A DNA stretch of 63,281 bases, filler included, from Octopus bimaculoides (lineage: Eukaryota), in the NCBI RefSeq assembly GCF_001194135.2. It is 4 parts of 4 records of this genome, joined end to end, with 100 filler letters (N's around TTAATTAATTAA, not from the genome) between each part and the next. Parts side by side here need not be neighbours in the genome. Positions count along the whole stretch, not along the records: positions 34,934 to 61,149 come from NC_068987.1; positions 61,250 to 63,281 come from NW_026403516.1; 2 more parts are not named here. One strand, written 5' to 3'. Positions 50,314-62,454 of this stretch are shown here, piece after piece; position 1 is the stretch's first letter; every line of letters begins with the position of its first letter. Both the position numbers and the translations under genes were made by a program. The notes beneath the pieces were generated by a model, which saw only the letters and a program-made list of their open reading frames with translations, was not told the DNA's origin and made no database searches.

Positions 50314-50711
50314 TTAATAACGCCCGTATAGTGTATATCGCGAAAGTCAGCTTGAGACACAATTCACCCTTCTATAAGCTATATTCCCAGAAAAGCAGTT
50401 GATATCAACAATGCAAGCTATAAAGTCACTCATTGATTTAACAGAACTGTTAATGCTTACAGTTGTAAATTATGAATGTGGTACTTATTAACAACTAGAT
50501 CGGCTCAGCCAACAACAGTTAAATGCTTTGGTACTTGTGGTAAATTATAAGCCATTCAGTGGTGTATATTCTCTTCAGCTGATAATTTGGTACTTTTTCG
50601 ACTGCACCAACTGTTTCTTTTAGCCTGTATTCCTTTTTTTATTTCATTTTTTTTTGTTCAACAAGTTCACATTTTTCTGAGTTCGCGTGAGTATGTTTCG
50701 ATCCCCCCATT

Positions 50712-51065
50712 TTGAGCAATTTGTCTATTGCGATGGAGGTAAAGATTAAAGGGTCATGTATGACCATGGGATTTCACCTAACAAAGTTACCTTCCAAGGC
50801 ACAAGTCCGGACGAGGTTGTTTATGGAAAATCAGCAGTCGCCCATTCATACCAGCCTCTCCTCTCCACATCACCGATGTTATCCAAAGGAAAGGCAAAGT
50901 CGATACTGCTTGGCACCAGTGACGTTGCAACTCATTTCTACAGCTGAGTAAACTGGAGCAACATGAAATAAACTTCTTGCTCAAGCACACAACACACATC
51001 CCAATCGAACTCACTCCCTCATGATTGTGAGCCCGACGCTCTAAGCACTGATTCCTGCGCCTCCT
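50712..51065 (-). mobile_element. CORE-type SINE
   Basis: ggaggcgcaggaatcagtgcttagagcgtcgggctcacaatc...gagttcgatt...cttgagcaag...gctccagtttactcagctgtagaaatgag. Confidence 0.7.
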
Positions 51066-53206
51066 ATTGCGATAAAGTGATGGCGTTAATGTCTAAATAT
51101 ATATAATGTCACATTCTACCTGTATATCTTTTTGTATAACCTCTCGGGTGGTTTACATCCACTTTAACAGATATACAGACATTTCTGATTACAGTAGAGC
51201 CTATTTATTATAACATTTCAGGGAAGTAAATCAGAATAATGGCTATGTTTGAATTGGCTTGAGCTTTAGCCCTCCATCAATCATACTTGACCATATATAG
51301 GCACCTATATTCACAAACCCAGTCAAGAGATGGTTTTTGTAGTTGTTTTACCTTTGAAGGCTGGAAGTTTGTCATATATACACGTGTCCATGCCACCGAG
51401 GCCGTCAAAGGGATAGATAAAGCCGATACAGCACAGTGCAAAATCCGTCACAAACACTTCACGATAACTCGTCCGACACACTAACAATTCGGCTATTTGG
51501 CCATTCTGGATTAGTACTTTTTTAATCGACCCTGAAAGGATGAAAAATACAATTGACTTCGGTTGAATTTGAACTCACAGCACAGAGACTCTGAACAATT
51601 ACGGTGAAGCATTATATGCAACACTAACGACTCAGCCAATTCAGATACATGCATAAAGTTGAGGAGATTATATTTGATGAAAACTTCTCCAGTAAATTAC
51701 AGGTACTTTGGTTATAATAGTTAAAAAGGTATTGTCAGCCATAGCAGTATTTGAACTCAGAATCAAGTGAGAACTATTAAATGTCGTAAGGCATTGTGTT
51801 CCTACATTGTAAAATTTCTGTCGGCTTCTTGCTGTCATTGCAAGATAAGCCAAATATTGATTGATTTATCAATTGATCAATTAGTGTATTGATTGTTTAA
51901 ATTGATTAACACTCAATTAATTACACGCTATCCTTTCCCTCATCCTATCTTCACCTCATCCTGTCTCCTGCCATATGCTGCTGGTGTCTTGTACTATTTA
52001 AAGCTTCGACTAAATTTAACCCCCTTATCACCAGTTTAACATTACAACCAAATATCGTTGTATTGTGTATGACCAATAACACAACATAGCAGACACATAT
52101 TTCTACACCCCTTAACTACAACCACCTCTATAACTGCATGAAGCCACCACAACCACTAACAGAGCACTACAGCCACAATTACTCTGACAATCACCACAGT
52201 CACCATACCGACCTACATCAACTACGGATTAATGTACAAGACTCTATCTGATCGTTTGATCTGATAGAAATAGCGACAGTTGCATTCAAATCATCCTGGT
52301 TTCTGTTCTAAGTAAATTATTGGTCTGGTTCAATGAAGGAGGTGTGACTGCAACATCAACAGCAATAAGAACCACAAACCCTCGAGAGACTCCAGATAAC
52401 CCTTCAATAGCAGAGACCACACAACTTTTCAACCACAATATCTTCACAGCACCACCAAAACCATCATGAAAGCACTACAGTCACATCCACAACGCTTTGC
52501 TCATCATTGTCTTGTTATAATCGAGCTGTCGGAACAAGAACCAGATCAACCCGGGAATGCAACCTATGATTAGATATATTGCTAACCTGTCGAGTTGGAG
52601 AGTATGTGTATCTCTCATTAGCAAGTTAGAACTGAAGACGAACATTGCTGCTAAGAAAACATTTAAGGCTTAGGATCCATTAACAGTATATAAACATATT
52701 GTTTGATGATTGTTGAGTATCCCCAGACAACCCTTCTTCAGCAAGCATATGACTCAAACGTAGCTTGTGATTCAATATTCTAGATATTCCATCGTGTTGT
52801 TTCTATTGTTGTTGAGTAGATTTGCGAAAACATGTGTAGACATATAAATAGCTGGCAAAACGTCCTGATATGGTCTACAGACAGTCCCATATAAGGCACC
52901 TTTAAAGTTTTTTATTAATCAGTTATAAACACACGATTTATGTATGAGTTAACGATTATATACGTGCTTATTGTAAACGTGATGTTCTTAGAAATAATAG
53001 AACTACAAGACAGATAAAGTGATTTATTAAAACAAACAATATCCTCTTTTGTTTCTAACAGTGAGTCGGAGCCTTTAAAATTGTAGGTCTGTGCCAACTA
53101 TTCTTTCCTGCCAACAGATACAGCAATTTGGCTATTTCCATGATGCTGGTGCTGTTGTTTTGTACCCCTGTCGGTCAAGCGACCATATACAAGTATTCTC
53201 TTTCTC

Positions 53207-53248
<42 letters not shown>

Positions 53249-53263
53249 TCTCTCTCTATCTCT

Positions 53264-53295
<32 letters not shown>

Positions 53296-53532
53296 TTCTT
53301 TCTCACACACATAAGAAGTGCAGTGTATTTTTTTCACTATTCAATATGATATGGCATACCTGTTTATGTTGGAGGCGGATACAGAAAGACAGACAAAAAT
53401 GATTCAGTTAGTGTACAACTGTTCTACCGTACATGCCTGGGGAACAATGAGGTTATTGAGGTTTGTATGTGTGTATGTTTGTATTTATGTATGTATGTAT
53501 GTATGTACGTATGTATGTATGTATTGTTTTAT

Positions 53533-53750
53533 TCTTTTACTTGTTTCAGCTATTTGATTGCAGCCATTCTGGAGCACCACCTTTAGTCGAACAAATCGCC
53601 CCCAGGACTTATTCTTTGTAATCCTAGTACTTATTCTATCGGTCTCTTTTGCCGAACCGCTAAGTTACGGGTACGTAAACACACACCAACATCCGTTGTC
53701 AAGCGATGATGAGGGAACAAACACAGACACACAAATACATTCATACATAC
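53533..53750 (-). mobile_element. SINE 3' half (family D), CpG-intact copy
   Basis: Homologous to 31150-31345 and 60605-60845. Confidence 0.8.
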
Positions 53751-53762
53751 ACACATTCATAC

Positions 53763-54209
53763 AATTGTTCTAGAGTATTGTAAATGTCTTGACTGAGCAG
53801 TACACCCCGTGTTCTTTGGATTGTATTGTTCCGAGTGTTTTGAAGTGTAGGAAATATGTCTGGATTGGGTAAATGGGATAGTTACTTAGAATAATACTTT
53901 GAGACTGTTCTGGGTAGCTCTTGAGTAATTGCAAATAGATAAATAGATAGATAGATAGATAGATATAGATTTACATACATATACATACAAATATATATAT
54001 ATATATATGGGAGAATATACAAATAATAACAACAGACGAGGACAGGTGGTGTAAATAACAAAAGTATATATTAGTATGACGCTCGGGAATACGGAAAGTC
54101 TTTGACGTTTCGAGCCACGCTCTTCAACAGAAAGAATACGGAGACAAGGAGAAAAACACGGAGAAAAAAAATTGAATAGTGTTCAGTCAACGGTCGATCA
54201 TATATATTT

Positions 54210-54246
<37 letters not shown>

Positions 54247-54824
54247 TGTGTACGTGTGTGTGTAAGTGTGTGCGCCTATGCGCGCGCGCGCGTTTCGTTT
54301 TATTGTTGTTGGGACTCAGTGAGAGTGATAGCGTTCCTGGGTATCGGGCTTCGTAAACGTTTATGTACAGACTTGGAGAGATATTATTCTTTAGAAGATG
54401 CTGTAATAATTTTCTTATTCGTTATGGAATACCGTAGATGTGTCTGAATCGAGTCGGAAGACAAGTGCTTTCAGGATTGGGTTGAAATAATATTCTAGAT
54501 TGTTCTGCAACATTGTAAGTGTGTTTGGTTTGTGTAGTAAGGCTGATGTTCTTCAGAGTGTGTTGCAGTGATGTTCTGGAGTGCTGGAGATATGTCTGGA
54601 TTAGGTGAGAGGGCTAGTGAACTTGAAATGATACTGCAGTAGAGTTCTAAATTGTTCTAGAGTATTGTAAATGTCTTGACTGAGCAGTACACCCCGTGTT
54701 CTTTGGATTGTATTGTTCCGAGTGTTTTGAAGTGTAGGAAATATGTCTGGATTGGGTAAATGGGATAGTTACTTAGAATAATACTTTGAGACTGTTCTGG
54801 GTAGCTCTTGAGTAATTGCAAATA
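53763..54824 (-). mobile_element. Non-coding element bounded by identical 175-bp direct repeats and containing a hammerhead module
   Basis: 53763-53937 equals 54650-54824; hammerhead at 54099-54135 between microsatellites. Confidence 0.6.
54099..54135 (-). ncRNA. Minimal type-I hammerhead ribozyme (PLE-type), U6 variant
   Basis: UCUUU-CUGUUGA-A-GAGC-gug-GCUC-GAAA-CG-UC|AAAGA: 5-bp stem I, 4-bp stem II, loopless palindromic stem III (ACGU), GUC cleavage triplet. Confidence 0.65.
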
Positions 54825-57800
54825 CAGGGTGGGCCAAATGTCACGCACAAATAAGTTCAATGCACTATGGAATTGTCAAAGGCATGCTTCAATTTTTCTA
54901 ACTTTTGAATAAAATAAATAAAATAATGATGAATACACACATACTTGTACATGATGGGCAAAATGAATAATGATACATTCTGTTATTGGTACAAGGCCAG
55001 AAGTTTTGTGGGAAGGGACTAGTCGATTACATCGACCTCAAGATTTAACTGATACTAAATCTATCGACCCCGAAAGTATGAAAGATGACCTCGGCGGAAT
55101 TTGAACTCAGAACGTAGCGACAGGCGAAATACTGCTAAGCATATCGTCCAGCGTGCTAACGACTCTGCCAGCCAGCTGTCTTTGTAATAATGATAATAAT
55201 GATAATGTAATATAATGCCAACTGTTTAGACGTGCGATTTTTGGCCCACTCTGTAGATCTGAATTGGCTGAATTGAATTGATAATGTTTTTTAGGATTGG
55301 GGCGAAGACTGTTCTAGATTCTTGTGGAATGTTTTAGACTTGCTCTAGTTGTGTAGGAAAAATGATGTTCCTATGATGGTGTAGTAGCGTTGTTGTGAAT
55401 TGTTATAAATATGCTTGAAATGAGTGACTGCTTTTTTGGAGTGTTGTCGTAATGCTTAGAGTTCTAAATGAGTGTGATGCAGTGGCAGGTACTGTGTTCT
55501 TTGGATGACGTAGATGTAGGATTCTGAGATATTCTATATGCGTTTTTCCTTCTTCTATAAGGTGGGGTATCTTGTTCTTGGGATGGTGTTAACAGAGCTT
55601 AACTATGCTGTTTATTATTGGCAACAGAAATACATTTTGCGGAGATGCTTTTCAGGATTGCTTTTAACTATTTATACGTGGAGAACATTGTGTAAAGTTA
55701 GACTCTGTATTTAGGGATTCTTTTGATCATCCAAAACTATTAAAGCTAAAGGCCTATATTTAGAAGATGCTACTAATTATACTGCTATAGTATTTCAGTC
55801 TATTTAACGTTGTTTATTTTTCTTGTTATTTTTTTTTTTTGCTGTTGATAATACCTTGCTGTTATTTTTAAACGAATGAAAATTAACAAACAATATATAA
55901 GTTTAGACTGTATAGGCGCATATACATATTACTGTATATAAATGAACAGACATATATTCATGATATACAAAGTATATATGTATGTAATATATGTATATAT
56001 GCATATATATATGTGTAAACGCCGGTGTTAAAACGGGGGTATCTGATGAAGTAGAATGTTCTCTATGTGGCTTGCGTGTTTTCTCGTTTACGTTTTGTTT
56101 GCAATGTCCTGTACCCAGATATGCACCTATACATACAGGTGGATGTCGGTATGCACATACCTGTACGTATATATGCATATACTCATCTACTATTTATATA
56201 TATANNNNNNNNNNNNNNNNNNNNNNNNNNNNNNNNNNNNNNNNNNNNNNNNNNNNNNNNNNNNNNNNNNNNNNNNNNNNNNNNNNNNNNNNNNNNNNNN
56301 NNNNNNNNNNNNNNNNNNNNNNNNNNNNNNNNNNNNNNNNNNNNNNNNNNNNNNNNNNNNNNNNNNNNNNNNNNNNNNNNNNNNNNNNNNNNNNNNNNNN
56401 NNNNNNNNNNNNNNNNNNNNNNNNNNNNNNNNNNNNNNNNNNNNNNNNGGTTGTACATAGAATGCTGCATCAACTGACAGAATTACTCAACAATAGATTG
56501 AAACTAGTGCAGATGATTTAACATCTGTTTCGGCCAACTGGGTGAATCGAAATAATTTAAAGTAACCTGTACCTCAAAAATGTGCTGATATTCTGCAACG
56601 TACTGTCTCGACAATTTTACATATAACACAAACACGCACGCACGGACACGCGCGCGTGCACACACACACATACACACACACACATACACACACACACGCA
56701 CACACACGTGCAAGCCGAGACCAACAGACTTACTACATATATGTTTATAAGTATGTATGTGACAATTACATCGTAGAAGAATCATTTGAGTCATATAAGA
56801 ACAGAAAAGTAATTTACATTCACTTTCGTTTAGTATTTTTCTATTATGAATCGGCAAAGACATAAGGAATGATAGATACGTCGGGTTTTTGAGACGTGGT
56901 CACAGTGACACAAGTAGAGATGCAGTAAAATTGTTTCAATAACGAGGTTGATGAAACAGTTTAAGACTTCAAAAAATGGTGATATTATTAATACAAAATG
57001 ATAGTAAACCTAACATAAACTATGGCTACAATATTTTTTACGCGGTATAACTGTTTTAAGTCACAATCTCAGATCAAAGCATTCGCTAAATCAGTAGAAA
57101 TTCGAAATACATAGATCGGCTTGGTCGAGTGGGCGTCCGGCAAAATGGCTTGAGGCATATGTTCTGGCTCTTTACGTCGTAAGTTCAATTCACGTCGAAG
57201 TCATCTTTGCCTTTGAACCTTCTGGACTCGATAGAATAAAGTCTGAAGCCTAAGTTGTGGACTGGCGGAATTGTATGAACATTATATAAAATACCTTGCA
57301 ATATTTGTTCTGCTCTTTACGTTCTGAGTTCATTTGCGCCAATACAGGCGCCAGATTGTATCAAACTTTGATGCTACCAGAGATATCACAAGCTACATGA
57401 AGAAAGCCGACTTGGTCATTGCTGCTCTTCCACAATCAGTAGAAATGTGCTCTGTTGTACGACTCTTGGTGGAGTCCAGAGCGTGTAATCTTTAAATTCA
57501 AAGCCAGTTACTTGTTGGTACATATAACGTGTATGCATACACTTCCAGCTATCTCTGATAGGAATGAAAAGTTTACATTACAATCAGAGTTATTTGCATT
57601 CATATAACATATCTTAGGTAAGCATTGCATTCCTTTTGGCACTGTATTCATGCAGGAAACGCTTATACATGCATGCATACATACATACGTACATACATAC
57701 ATACACACATACATACATGCATAATGCACATGTGTGTGTGTGTACGTACGTATGTATGCATGTATGTATACAGAGAGAGAAGGGGAGAGAGAGGAGGGGG

Positions 57801-58583
57801 TTGTTCTTTGTTTCTATTTAGTGTTCTATATGCAGTTTTTTTATTATAAAAATACATACAAATATATACTGTTTCTATGAAAGTTTGTGAATCCGATTTA
57901 ACAATGACATACTATGTTATTTATGATTTATTACATTCGTCTGTGTTAAGAAAAAAACTGCTCAAAATGGTGGTGAGGATTTCAAGTGTACTCATTACTG
58001 TTTATCAGGTTTAATAGCTGTGTCAATCCCAGAATTCCATTTTGCATCCGCTTTCTTTCCATTGTACGTTGTCTAGCATTTTTTCTCTTTATGAATACAT
58101 TTTATTGTATATGTTTATGCCTCTCTGTGTGTTCGTGCATGCGTGTGTGTACGTGTGTGTGTATATATGTATGTATGAATGCATGTAAACACACATTGAC
58201 ACATTAAGTACGTGCAAAGACGTATGTAGTTGACTATATATGACACTAGGTATTTTCACGTTGATTTCTCTCTCTCTCTCTCTTTCCCTGTCTCTTTCTC
58301 AATCGCTCTCTCTCTTTCTTACTTTCTTCCTTTCTGTCTTTCTTTCTTTTCTTTCTTTTCGCTCTCTTTAACCTTTACATGCTTTTCTTTTCTTTCTTAC
58401 CCTCTCCATCAATGTATCCATTTATCAAGCTAGCCAACAGACTATCTGCATATAAACATACAAACACCCTTCACTCTCCACATTCACGCGCACACGCATA
58501 TACACACACATTCACACTCACATGCTCAGAAACACAGACGCATACACACACACACACACACATATACGTGCATGTAAGCACGT

Positions 58584-58660
<77 letters not shown>

Positions 58661-58671
58661 TAGAGGATCTA

Positions 58672-59033
58672 TTTTAAAACGGGAGCGCCAGTTTTCATTT
58701 ATGTTTTATGTAGTGTTTTTGGTACGGAAAGACTTTCAAACTTCGTATACTTATCTATTTTGTGTTATAGAACAGAAAAATATTTTTGTATTCGAATTTA
58801 TTTCATGTAAAAAATTGTCTTATTTCGATAATTTCTACTAACCACTGACGTCTATTCAGTTGAAAACAGTTAGCGCTGTAACGGTGTATATCGTATTAAT
58901 CCCAAACCCTAACCCTAACTAGACTGTTAACCGTAACCGTAACCGTAACCCTAACCCTAAAACTAACCCTAACTCTAGAATCCGAACTCTAAAATTGTTA
59001 CACACATAGATACGCACAGCGTAATTTATTATA
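58672..59033. mobile_element. Unclassified element (Helitron/Helentron-like end) with internal telomere-like repeats
   Basis: (CCCTAA)/(CCGTAA) units at about 58905-58975; ends gcacagcgtaatttattatata. Confidence 0.35.
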
Positions 59034-59141
59034 TAAACAATATATGCGTAGATAGGTAGATAGATAGACAGACAGACAGACAGATAGCCAGGCAGGCAGA
59101 CAGACAGACAGACAGACAGATAGACGGATAGATAGATAGAT

Positions 59142-59207
<66 letters not shown>

Positions 59208-59392
59208 GATAAATAGATAGATAGATGGATAGATAGATAGATAGATAGATAGATTCAAACGTGTTTTACGCAAAGGCGTGTATGGATATCTCTGTGCTTC
59301 TAGCACTTTCTCTCCTCGTCCCAATACATATACGTCTGTGTGAATCTGTATTCCAAATGCATCATTATTTATTATTCCAGTGTAAGTAGTAT

Positions 59393-59482
<90 letters not shown>

Positions 59483-60282
59483 GTATATAAGTAAATGGAT
59501 GGATGCATATATGTATATGTGTATGTATGTTTGATGCTATATATAGTTTCAAACTAATTTGGTGAGGTTTCAGATTCAACGAGCAATGATGCAAGAAACT
59601 TAACTACTTATGTCAGTTGCTGTCTGTAGTCAGCAGCTATGGTGGTGGTAGTGGTGTTGGTGGTGGTGCTAGCGATTACGATGTTGCTAGGTGTGGTGAT
59701 GATGGTGGTTGTGCTTTATTTTTATTTTGTTTTTCTTTTACCTTGCGATGTAGTAGCATTGTCGTGGTGGCAGTGATAGTTTTTGTGTGGTGGTGGTGNN
59801 NNNNNNNNNNNNNNNNNNNNNNNNNNNNNNNNNNNNNNNNNNNNNNNNNNNNNNNNNNNNNNNNNNNNNNNNNNNNNNNNNNNNNNNNNNNNNNNNNNNN
59901 NNNNNNNNNNNNNNNNNNNNNNNNNNNNNNNNNNNNNNNNNNNNNNNNNNNNNNNNNNNNNNNNNNNNNNNNNNNNNNNNNNNNNNNNNNNNNNNNNNNN
60001 NNNNNNNNNNNNNNNNNNNNNNNNNNNNNNNNNNNNNNNNNNNNNNNNNNNNNNNNNNNNNNNNNNNNNNNNNNNNNNNNNNNNNNNNNNNNNNNNNNNN
60101 NNNNNNNNNNNNNNNNNNNNNNNNNNGGTGTGTGGTTGGGAGTCCTGTCCCTCCTTTCTGACTAACGAATAAAAAATGTGAAGTGAATCTCAAAAACGTA
60201 TTTCTGGAACAGATATGAGCATGCATGTTTCTTCATTTTACAAATTCGTTTTCTAACGAAGTAACTGGTTTTTAACTAATAC

Positions 60283-60283
<1 letters not shown>

Positions 60284-60360
<77 letters not shown>
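60284..60360. repeat. (TAA)n microsatellite
   Basis: Direct reading; others include (TAA)n at 23593-23634 and (GATA)n at 11355, 47990, 58586 and 59050. Confidence 0.95.
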
Positions 60361-60362
<2 letters not shown>

Positions 60363-60843
60363 TGAAATTCAAATAACAACGATAAAGAGTTTCAGGTTGA
60401 ATTTTAGACCAGTTTTGCATATTTTAACTCAGCACTTACAAACCTACTATATGAAGTGTTTCTCCACCATTTAAAAAAAATCTTTGGACCCCTTCCATTC
60501 CTATTTCACTCAGCTGGGCCCTACAAACCATTCGATGTTTTAAAAAAATCCTATTATAATTTTATAATGAAATATTATTAGGAAGTTATTCTCTATCTTT
60601 TATGTTTTACTTGTTCGTATTTAGACTGCGTCCATGCTGGGGCACTACCTTGAAGAAAGTCTTTTGTTAGTTGAATGTATTAACCCTAGGACTTAATTGT
60701 TAATGTTTTTATTTTTATTTATTTAAGCCTAGTACTAATTCTATCGATCTATTTTGCTTGTTGAACTGCTAAGTTACTGGTACGCAAACGCACCAGCACG
60801 GTTGTCAACCAATGGTGGGCAACAAAAACAGGCACAAAGACAC

Positions 60844-60885
<42 letters not shown>

Positions 60886-61017
60886 AGGTATATATATAAT
60901 ATAATAATATATATATATATAAATATGGGAGAATTTACGAAAAAAAAACAACAGACGAAGACAGGTGGTGTAAACAACAAATGGATGTATTAGTTTAACG
61001 CTCGGGAATAGAGAAAG

Positions 61018-61054
61018 TCTTTGACGTTTCGAGCTACGCTCTTTAACTGAAAGG
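61018..61054 (-). ncRNA. Second, degenerate copy of the minimal hammerhead
   Basis: CCUUU-CAGUUAA-A-GAGC-gua-GCUC-GAAA-CG-UC|AAAGA, within module 60926-61130 homologous to 54009-54200. Confidence 0.5.
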
Positions 61055-61193
61055 AACACAGAAAGAAATTAGGAGAGAAACAAGGAGAAAAAAAATATAA
61101 ATGTAGTGGTCAGCGATCTATCATGGCGAATATATATGTATGTGTTTGTNNNNNNNNNNNNNNNNNNNNNNNNNNNNNNNNNNNNNNNNNNNN

Positions 61194-61205
61194 TTAATTA
61201 ATTAA
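61194..61205. other. Artificial scaffold-join linker
   Basis: TTAATTAATTAA within an N run. Confidence 0.9.
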
Positions 61206-61250
61206 NNNNNNNNNNNNNNNNNNNNNNNNNNNNNNNNNNNNNNNNNNNNC

Positions 61251-62385
61251 TATCTTGAAATTAAACTATACTAGAGAAACTTGAGAAAAATGTAGGTAGA
61301 AACTCCTTTTCTACCTACATTCAAAACAACTGGAAAAGATGTCTTGATGACTGCTTCATCCTCTGGAATGAAAGAATAGAAAAACTTAACGAATTCCAAA
61401 CACTTCTTAATGGAATAAATGAAAGCCTCCAATTTATGATAGAGTACAAGAACAACTACCGTTTTTAGATATCCTTATTAAGAAAGTCGGGAACAAAACG
61501 GAGACAGATATCTATTACAAACCCACGGACTCAAGACAGTACCTGCCATTTAATTCTTGCCACCCGAGACACACCAGGATGAATATCCCATTTTGTTTAG
61601 CCAAAAGAATATGCACAATAGTATCAGGTGCAAACACCCGTTACACACGACTCCAGAAATTAAAAACCACACTCATCAATAGGAATTACCCAGAACCCTT
61701 AATCGACAATATGATTCAATGAGTACTTAACTTAAATACACAAGAACTTAGACATTCAAGACCAAAGAAGGAAGAAAAATTGAAAACCCTGCCTTACATT
61801 TCCACACACAGCCCACATAACAACGAGGCCTTCAACACTATATTCCACAGCACAGCTCTACTCAAGAGAGACCCAAAGATCAATCAAATCCTCAAAACAC
61901 ACACGATTATCAAAAGCAAGAGACAACCAAAATCAATAAAAAACATTTTAACCCAGGCCAAATTACACTCAACAATAACCACTTCAGCTAACAGTAACAA
62001 AAGACTCAACTGTGGGATCTGTATCAACATAATAGAAGGATCAGAGTACCGATTACAACAAGGCCATAATTTAACCATAAAAAAACTAATTTTACATGTG
62101 CATCGGAGAACTTGATTTACTTAATTACAAGCTCAGGATGTGAACGGCAATATACTGGACACACAAAAAAAACAGCCTATGTCAGAAGACGGTGGTGCAC
62201 AAATCTCAAATTAGGATTCCGGAATACAGGAAAATACCTCCCAGCCAACACATCGATGAATGTACATCCAACAAATTTCCCAAAGACAATACTAGCCAAA
62301 ATGAATGCATTAGCAAGGAAATGTGTTTCATAAGAAAATATCGACCGAGTCTAGATTCTCTAAACTAGCAACACTGAGACTTTTT
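61251..62385 (+). mobile_element. Penelope-like element: RT C-half, thumb, Cys-linker and GIY-YIG (decayed)
   Basis: WKRCLDDCFILW, LPFLDILI, DIYYKPTDSRQYL..SCHPRHT..NIPFCLAKRICTI, LPYISTHSP, NCGIC, and TCASENLIYLITSSGCERQYTG. Confidence 0.92.
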
Positions 62386-62454
62386 ATATATATATATATA
62401 TATGTATGTGTGTATATATGTGTATGTATGTGTTTATGTATGTATATATATGAA

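Noticed and set aside
52720-52760. Minus-strand CTGAAGAAGGG hammerhead-like start
   Set aside because: No complementary stem II or GAAA.
56041-56100. CTGATGAAG as a further hammerhead
   Set aside because: No GAAA or stem III follows.
757-60126. Many ORF-track entries containing X runs
   Set aside because: Artefacts of N gaps and dinucleotide repeats.
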